From: Octopus vulgaris
Lineage: Eukaryota
Direction of reading: 5' to 3'
DNA: 64,000 bases
Assembly: GCA_951406725.2 (NCBI GenBank)
Contig: OX597833.1
Location: forward strand, 28,024,001 to 28,088,000
A model generated the notes under the pieces. The model searched no databases. It was given only the letters and a program-made list of their open reading frames with translations, and was not told the origin of the DNA. A program made the translations under genes and the position numbers. This document shows, in pieces, positions 55,646 through 64,000 of the stretch (positions are counted from its first letter, which is position 1; every line of letters begins with the position of its first letter).

Positions 55646-57990
55646 CTACGTGGATATACTCTGACATTTGGAAGCACTCCTCTGTGTGTTCCATTCCAAG
55701 GAAAGGCAAATTTTTCGATTAAAAAACATGGTGAGAATAGGTGCAAGTTCAAGAATGAAGATCATCTGCTCAGTTTTTTTTGCCGAGAATTTTGTTACAA
55801 TTTTCAGAGATAAATTCCTTCCAGCAGTAATGTTACCATAAGTCCAGCTCTTAGAAATGCAATGGTTATGACAAACAGTAGAGGAACTAATAACAAAGAT
55901 GTTATTCAACCTGCAACAGCATTAACAAAAAAGTGACTGCAAAAAGTATGTTCGAACCAACAGCAACTGGCATCTGTTGAAGAAGTTTTCAAGAAATAAT
56001 CTTACCTACTAATCAATAGGCACTCTTGAGGGTCAAGAAGAAATATTTCACAATTCTTCAGAATTCTAAAGTACATATCTTCAGATTTCAGTATGCATGA
56101 CACCGAGTCGCCATTAGTGCGGCAACGAAATGTAGATAAAACACAGTGTCAACAGTTTTCAGTTCGGTTCAGATCTGAATTAGCAACAAGCTGTGAAAGA
56201 TGCTGCGTGTGAGTAAATTGCGGCCTTATACAATGATACAAGATAAATGATTAAGAAACTTGAGCCGTATGTTACTGAGGCTGCTATTTGCATCGTGTGC
56301 ATCAAATGCGAGAAAACAATTAGAACTAAAATCCAATCACACCAAGAGTTATACTCTTTTGACTAAGGAGACTTCAGTTTCCAGAATACTTAAGTTTTGC
56401 TACGTCGATCTATAAATCTCAACTCTAAAAATTAACAGATATTGGACAGCATCTTGAAGAATACTGCTTTTCAATTTTATGTATTTCGCTCAAGTTTTGG
56501 AATCCATCATAATCTCCATTTTTATATCTCTGATGGTAAAAGTAAAAACAACGAGGGTTCCGAATTGCAGATATATTCAGAACTACCAATACTATGATGG
56601 GTTCAGTTAAACTACGGTAGTAGTTGAATAATATTCTTACGGCCGCAATTTACTCACACAGCATCTTTCAGAGCTTGTTGCTAATTCAGTTCTTAACCAA
56701 ATTGAAAACTATCAACACTTTTGAAAAGGACTGGTCCCTAGCTATATTTTGGCATAAAAAATTTGAGATTTGATCCAGTAGAAAAAAGTTTACATTACAA
56801 TTTGTAGCAACGTTATAGGAGAGTAAGTAATGCCACCAATCAAGTTTACATCTAAATAACTTTTTTTTTTATTTTAAAAGCAAAATATATTTATCTGAGC
56901 TTCAATGAGAGAAGAAAGCATGAAGAATTCCATAGTTTTGTTCCCATACAACAAAAATTTGTATCAAAAAAGTTGTGAGGCAAAATATCATGAAAAAAAA
57001 ATAAGGCAAAAAATTGGATTTAAATATAATTAACTTTTATATTTTAAAAACAAACAATATTTTAATTAAGGTTAAATGATAGAGCTCAATTCAAGGAATT
57101 TCATGGTATTAATCTCATGCAATGAAGTTTTAAAAGAAAACAGTTATGAGTGTTTGTTTCTCAAATTTGAGAGTGATAATATAGTTCTATACTATTTTAT
57201 GAATATAATTCTATAAGGGGACTTTTAATATATGTCACCAGCATCATTGAGGTAACGAAAAAATTATCAGCGACACCGCTAAATGACACATTTGACACAT
57301 TATTAATTAGCTTAAAAGCATAGCCCGGGGAAAATATGGATTACATGAAAAATGCGAGCAAAATAGATAGTATTCTTAAGATCATAAACCTGAAAAATTA
57401 CAGGACAAGTTATTTCACTTGGAAAAGTTCAGAGCAACTTATTACATCTGGTATTGTAAAGAACAAGGAAAGTTTTACTTAAAATATTGCAGCTAAGGAT
57501 AAAATTTGAACATTAAAAATTATTTGATTTAAATTTACAACGTAACATTATAATTAAAAAAGGTGCCATCATTTTTGTTAAAATATTGACACACTAGAAT
57601 ACTTAAAAAATTAGAGCCAGAAGTAGCAGTATAACTAAAGCTATTTTGCTAATTATTAATTGATATAACTGATAATTAATTAATAATTTTTTAAATTATT
57701 TTTTTAAAGTGCAAAAAATATTTTAATGGAGTTATTTTTGTATTTTTAACAAAAATAACAAGTAATAACAAATATTTTATTTGAAATTTTATCCTTAGCT
57801 GCAATATTTAAAGTAAAAATTATCTTAAGAAGATTATTTCCCTTGCTCGCATTTTTCCATGTAATGTGTAAATGTAATATGTGACAGTTATTCAGTAACC
57901 ATGATAAAATCCGAGTTTCGGTTGCCGAGGTGGAAATCCACGCCGACATCTCTTATCCGGCCATCGGAAAAAATGCTATGAAAAATGATC

Positions 57991-58031
<41 letters not shown>

Positions 58032-58091
58032 TTTACTTAAAATATTGCAGCTAAGGATAAAATTTGAACATTAAAAATTATTTATATATTG

Positions 58092-58160
<69 letters not shown>

Positions 58161-58162
58161 CT

Positions 58163-58662
58163 TACTTTGATACTTTGATAGGTTTCGGCCATTATTGGCC
58201 CAAGCCATGTCTAACTTAATAGCACCACCTGGTGAAGTCTTTCAAGTCAGAATTTGGGCACTATGGCCCACTCAAGTAGAGAGTTATTGTTTACAGAGAC
58301 ATATCCGGGTGTAGGGGGTTTATCCGGGATTTCTTGAAGGAATCTGTCCAAAGACTTCTTGAACCCTATAGGGTCAGTTTCTGTTTTAATGTGTTTTGGT
58401 GTAATGTTAAAGAGAGCGGGGCCAATTGAGGTGAAATAATTGTGCCGTATTGTTGTTATGAGATGAGAGTGCGATTTTTGTTTTGGGCGGATGGCACGGG
58501 GCCCAAGCCTTGGATGTACCTTAAAGGTGATGCCAACATCATTTGGGCAATGCTGATGGAATATTTTCCACATCATGCAGATGATGTAGCGCTCACGACG
58601 ACGTTGGAGAGAATAGAGTTTTAGCTTTTCTAGTCGACCCCAATAGTCGAGGCCTGTCATGC
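58163..58662 (-). mobile_element. 5'-truncated CR1-group LINE (ORF2 C-terminus, 3' UTR, tandem tail)
   Basis: YWGRLEKLKLYSLQRRRERY...FKKSLDRFL; minus-strand tail (TATCAAAG)x2; flanked by (TA)n. Confidence 0.85.
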
Positions 58663-58674
58663 CATATATATATA

Positions 58675-59056
58675 TCTCTCTATATAAACGGCAGTTTGTC
58701 TGTGCGTGTTTCTGTGTGTCTGTTTTCTCGTACCCTCACTCTGACCACGGCTTTCAACCGATTCTGATGAAACTTGACACACACATAGCCCAATGTCATA
58801 ATTCAAAACTAACGCAGCGAAAATTTTGAAAAGTTCCCCCAGTTCTGAAAAAAATCGATAAATTCGACATGGGGTCGAGAATTAGAAACCCAAACCACAG
58901 ACCGTCTAGGGGACGCAACTCTACCTTTTTTAACTCTCAAAAAAAATTTACCATAATTTTTTTTCCATTTTTTTGCTATTTTTTGGCTATAACTCTCTAA
59001 AAATGCTTTATAGTTATTTCCCTTACAAACCTGAGCAACGCCGGGCGATACTGCTA

Positions 59057-59057
<1 letters not shown>
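58675..59057 (+). mobile_element. Non-autonomous Helitron
   Basis: A|TC start; 3' hairpin CCTGAGCAACGCCGGG then CTAG|T; last about 68 bp almost identical to 23710-23777. Confidence 0.87.
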
Positions 59058-59088
<31 letters not shown>

Positions 59089-59094
<6 letters not shown>

Positions 59095-61347
59095 AGTGCC
59101 ACAGACCAAGTTTGTGGATGGTGCAAAGTCCCTTCCAGACCTAGAATTACGTGGTGGTGGAATAGTGCAGTAGATAAAGCCATCTGTGAAAAGAGACGGG
59201 CCTGGAAAGCCTGGAAGGATGGGGGCAGCAGGGAACTGTACCAGATAGCCAAAAGGGAGGCTGGGCGGCAGGTATACATTGCCAAAGATGTAGCAGAAAA
59301 GAAGAAGTTTGCCAATGTCCAGCGTCGCGAGGATCAAAGAGCTGAAGTATTTCGGATTGCCAGACAGTGTGTCAGAGAAAATAGCGATGTTATAGGAGAG
59401 AAATGTGTCCGCATGGATGATCGGGCACTTGCTTTTACTACTAGTGAAAAGAAAGAGGCTTGGAGAAGCCATTATGAAAGACTGCTAAATGAGGAGAATG
59501 AATGGGAGGAGGAGAGCCTGCCAAATGTTGACCCAGTAGAGGGACCAGCTACCCGAATAGACAGCTCCCTTGTAGATAAGGCAATTAAGGATATGAAACC
59601 AGGCAAAGCCCCTGGCCTATCAGGAATCACTGCTGAGATGCTTAAAACAGCTGGCTATGTGGGCCATGCCATAGTCACCCGCATTGTAAACCAGGTAGTT
59701 CACAATGGAGCCATACCCAATGACTGGTGCAGCAGTACCATAGTCAACTGCTACAAGGGTAAGGGTGATGCTCTAGATAGAAATAACTACAGAGGTATCA
59801 AACTGTTGGACCAGGTGATGAAGGTCTCAGAGAAGGTCATAACCAATCTCATTAGGGAGAGAATTTGTTTAGATGAAATGCAGTTCGGTTTTGTACCAGG
59901 TAGAAGCACCACTGATGCTATATTCCTGGTCCGACAACTGCAGGAGAAGTACCTAGCTAAAGATAAACCCCTCTACATAGCTTTTGTAGACTTGGAGAAA
60001 GCCTTTGACAGGGTTCCCCGTTCCCTTATCTGGTGGTCGATGCGGAAACTGGAGATTGAAGAATGGCTAATAAGGGCTGTACAGGCTCTATACAGAGAGG
60101 ATGTTAGCAAGGTTAGGATTGGCAACGAATATAGTGAAGAATTCCGAGTAGAAGTAGGTGTGCACCAGGGCTCAGCCCTCAGTCCCCTTTTGTTCATCAT
60201 AGTCCTTCAGGCAATAACAGAGGAATTCAAAACGGGATGCCCCTGGGAGCTCCTCTATGCCGATGACCTAGCTCTCATAGCAGAATCACTACCGGAACTA
60301 GAAGAGAAATTTCGGGTATGGAAGCAAGGGTTGGAATCAAAGGGCCTTAGAATAAATGTAGCAAAGACCAAAGTATTAGTAAGCAGCAAGAGGTACTCAA
60401 CACACATCCCCTCGGGTAGGTGGCCCTGCTCAACCTGTAGGAAAGGTACAGGTAGAAACTCCATAAGATGCACCCAATGTAAGTTATGGACACATAAGAG
60501 GTGCAGCAACATTAAAGGGAAATTAACAGATAAGATAGCTTTCATGTGCGGCAGATGCACAGGGACAATAGACACAACAGACACTCAGAAAACAGATTCC
60601 ATCACACTCCAGGGAGAGAAACTAGAAGTAGTTGATAGTTTCCGCTGCCTGGGAGACCAAGTTAGTAGCGGAGGTGGATGCACAGAGAGTATCACCACTA
60701 GAATACGAATAGCCTGGGCAAAGTTCAGAAAGCTCCTACCCCTACTGGCAACAAAAGGCCTCTCCCTCAGAGCAAAAGGTAGATTGTATGATGCATGTGT
60801 GCGAACTGCCATGCTTCACGGTAATGAAACATGGGCTGTGACTGCAGAAGACATGCGTAGACTTGAAAGAAATGAAGCTAGCATGATCCGCTGGATGTGT
60901 AGTGTCAGTGTGCACGCAAAACAGAGTGTAAGTATCCTGAGAGAAATGCTGGATATAAGAAGCATCAGATGTGGTGTGCAAGAGCGACGCTTGCGATGGT
61001 ATGGTCATGTGCTGCGGATGGATGAAGAGAGATGTGTGAAGAAGTGCCACTCCCAAACAGTTGAAGGTATCAGGGGGAGAGGTAGACCCAGGAAGACATG
61101 GGATGAGGTGGTCAAGCATGACCTCAGAGCATTGGGCCTCACTGAGGCAATGGCGAAGGACCGAGATCTCTGGAGATATGCTGTGACTACAAAGACCCGG
61201 GCTGCTTTCTGCAGCAATTCCACATACCCCCTACCCATTCTAAGTACCCCGGATCCCCAAAGTACCCCGGATCCCCAAAGTACCCTGGATCCCCAAAATA
61301 CCCCGATCCCCAAAGTACCCCGGACCTCGTTGCCCCCGTGCCGCTGA
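59089..61347 (+). CDS. RTE ORF remnant: reverse transcriptase with inserted PHD-like zinc finger; AP endonuclease absent
   Basis: Open 752 codons with NYRGI, QFGF, FVDLEKAFD, GVHQGSALSP, LLYADD, CSTC...CTQC...HKRC...CGRC and RLRWYGHV...GRGRPRKTW. The first codon is TTG directly after (TA)n, so it is a truncation point, not a real start. Confidence 0.9.
61242..61326 (+). repeat. 18-bp minisatellite (AAGTACCCCGGATCCCCA, about 4.7 copies) at the RTE ORF end
   Basis: Direct reading; encodes STPDPQ repeats. Confidence 0.93.
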
Positions 61348-61597
61348 CACGTTAAAATGCTCGAACCGATCGTGACGATGCCGGACCCTCCGGCCCCTGT
61401 GCAGGTGGCACGTAAAAAGCACCCAATCCACTCACGGAGTGGTTGGCGTTAGGAAGGGCATCCAGCCGTAGAAACTCTGCCAGATTCAGACTGGAGCCTG
61501 GAGCGGCCCCTGGCTTCCCAGACCCGGTCAAACCGTCCAACCCGTGCTAGCGCGGAAAACGGACGTTAAACGATGATGATGATGATGATGATGATGA

Positions 61598-61693
<96 letters not shown>

Positions 61694-61695
<2 letters not shown>

Positions 61696-61909
61696 AGGCG
61701 CAATGGCCCAGTGGTTAGGGCAGCGGACTTGCGGTCGGAGGATCGCGGTTTCGATTCCCAGACCGGGCGTTGTGTGTGTTTATTGAGCGAAAAACACCTA
61801 AAAGCTCCACGGGGCTCCGGCAGGGGATAGTGGTGATCCCTGCTGTACTCTTTCACCACTCTAAAGGCGGTGCTCCAGCATGGCCGCAGTCAAATGACTG
61901 AAACAAGTA
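61694..61909 (+). mobile_element. Chimeric SINE: family B head joined to family A tail
   Basis: 61694-61860 matches 45287-45450; 61861-61909 matches 21658-21706. Confidence 0.85.
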
Positions 61910-62039
61910 CAAAAAAAAAAATATATATATATAATATAATATAATATAATATAATATAATATAATTTAATATAAATAATATATATATGCATACATATATG
62001 TACATACATACAACCATACATACATACATACATACGTAC

Positions 62040-62388
<349 letters not shown>

Positions 62389-62394
62389 TATAGA

Positions 62395-62826
62395 TATAAG
62401 TAAATAAATGGAGTTGAACGAAGATGTTATTAAAATTCTTTTACTTTCGACATATGTTTCGAAGACAACATTGGTTTTATTCCAAAGGAATAAACGGTAT
62501 AAAATGCAATCTTCTCGTCAGGAAAGAAAGAGAGCCTATCTCAACAATAAGACATTATAACAATTACGATGACTGCCTAAATGATAAACAGAACGTTATT
62601 AAGTGTTTTAAAAAAACCGTTAGTAGATTTGACGTCAAAGGCAGATACCAGGAAGAGAAGGGTTAAAGAAATAATAAGTAAAGAACTAATAAAGAGGGAT
62701 GCGTTGGTTGAAAAAATGTTCAAAGGCTTACAAGTAGATTTCTCTATTGAAGTAAAGTGCAAGTTAAACTAACTGTTTAAACTAATTTTAATAACATCTT
62801 CGTTCAGCTCCATTTATTTACTTATA
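62395..62826. mobile_element. Module bounded by 43-bp inverted repeats (62395-62437 / 62784-62826), Penelope-like
   Basis: TATAAGTAAATAAATGGAGTTGAACGAAGATGTTATTAAAATT vs its reverse complement with one mismatch; contains a hammerhead motif. Confidence 0.8.
62444..62526 (-). ncRNA. Minimal type-I hammerhead ribozyme
   Basis: Minus strand CTTTC-CTGACGA-GAAGATTGCATT...AATGTTGTCTTC-GAAA-CATATG-TC-GAAAG: intact core, 5-bp helix I, long helix II, GUC site. Confidence 0.82.
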
Positions 62827-62977
62827 CTACACAAATTACTACACATTAACCCGGAGTTTCTACCTTTGAATAGGCCGCTTCATCCGTGTTACTTGCGTGA
62901 ATTTTGCTACCCTGGTAACTGTTTATTGAATTTTCCATGTTAACGGTAAACATTCATTCATCCATATATATATACAT

Positions 62978-63073
<96 letters not shown>

Positions 63074-63092
63074 CATATATATATATATACAC

Positions 63093-63471
63093 GCAAATAA
63101 TAAAATGGAGAGGATACAAAACAACACATCACCCCGTAGACATTCCAGTGTGTCTATTTATTCCAAAGCATTAGAAAGTATTAGAAGAAAACATACACAT
63201 GTAGCAACTGTGTGTTACACACTCATGTATTAATATTACAAAAAAGACCAAACGATCAGTTCCTTACAGCCGTTTCTGCCAAGAGGCAACGAAATCCTCT
63301 TGGCAGAAACGGCCGTAAGAAACTGATCTTTTCTGAAATCTTAATATATGTGTGTATAACACATAGTTACTACATTCTTCTAATACTATCTAAGACTTTG
63401 GAATAAATAGACACACTGGAATGTCTACGGGATGATGTGTTGTTTTGTATCCTCTCCATTTTCTTATTTGC
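63093..63471. repeat. Long fold-back palindrome (arms 63093-63286 / 63296-63471, 9-nt loop)
   Basis: CCGTTTCTGCCAAGAGG-caacgaaat-CCTCTTGGCAGAAACGG at the centre; outer arms also complementary. Confidence 0.93.
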
Positions 63472-63714
63472 CGTATAAATTAAGGGTAAACCACTTTTAC
63501 CACCCGCCCATATATGACACTCAGATGCGAGACTGCCACGCAATAATCAGCATTTGACTATGAATAATTGGGTACACTACCAGCAGTATATTGGATAGGC
63601 ACTATCCCTTGGTTGGTTTCCCAGCCTCTAACTCTCACAGAAATATATGTGTGTGTGTCTGTATGTATGTATGGAAGTATGTATGTATATATGTACGTTT
63701 GTATGTATATACAT

Positions 63715-63756
<42 letters not shown>

Positions 63757-64000
63757 ACATAAATAATATATAAACATGTGCATATATACATACATATATG
63801 TACATACCTACATCTATATGTATATATACATGCATATATGGTACAGGACACCAAAAAAACGTTGAACACAATGAGAAACGAAAACATAAAAACAAAAACA
63901 TAGAAACGAATTTTTTTCAAACAACGAAAAAACAGAGTACAAGACATACAACATAAGGAATATTCCCCTTCTTCAGTTGTCCCTGTTTCATCTACTCTGC

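Larger units (their letters stand above)
59089..61600 (+). mobile_element. 5'-truncated RTE-clade LINE with (GAT)n tail
   Basis: Long RT ORF, 3' UTR ending GGACGTTAAAC(GAT)n, (TA)n on both flanks. Confidence 0.95.

Noticed and set aside
62845-62895. Minus-strand GGATGAA...GCCT/AGGT-A-GAAA-CTCCGG hammerhead-like remnant (similar remnants near 54750, 56100 and 57920)
   Set aside because: Cores are too degenerate to call ribozymes.

Overview
AT-rich eukaryotic non-coding DNA, probably intronic or intergenic. I found no host protein-coding exon. The window is a mosaic of microsatellites ((TA)n, (CA)n, (TACA)n, (TAG)n, (TAA)n, (AAG)n, (GA)n) and transposable elements, and almost all ORFs in the supplied track are microsatellite translations. 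The SINE repertoire and microsatellite density resemble an octopod (coleoid cephalopod) genome; this is an inference from pattern recall, not a database search. Supportable elements: a 5'-truncated RTE-clade LINE with an open 752-codon RT ORF containing a PHD-like zinc finger, four decayed RLE-type (R4/Dong-like) LINE fragments, CR1-group LINE fragments, two mariner copies, a Tc1 (D34E) and a maT (D37D) relic, a hAT-like relic, non-autonomous Helitrons, Penelope-like (PLE) GIY-YIG relics and four tRNA-derived SINE families. The most interesting signal is a set of unrelated fold-back (inverted-repeat) modules that mostly abut microsatellite tracts. Several carry minimal type-I hammerhead ribozyme motifs in which the hexamer between GAAA and the cleavage site is a different perfect palindrome each time (CATATG, CGATCG, CGGCCG). 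One fold-back is centred exactly on what looks like the ribozyme helix II. Coordinates of decayed elements are approximate and were read by eye.
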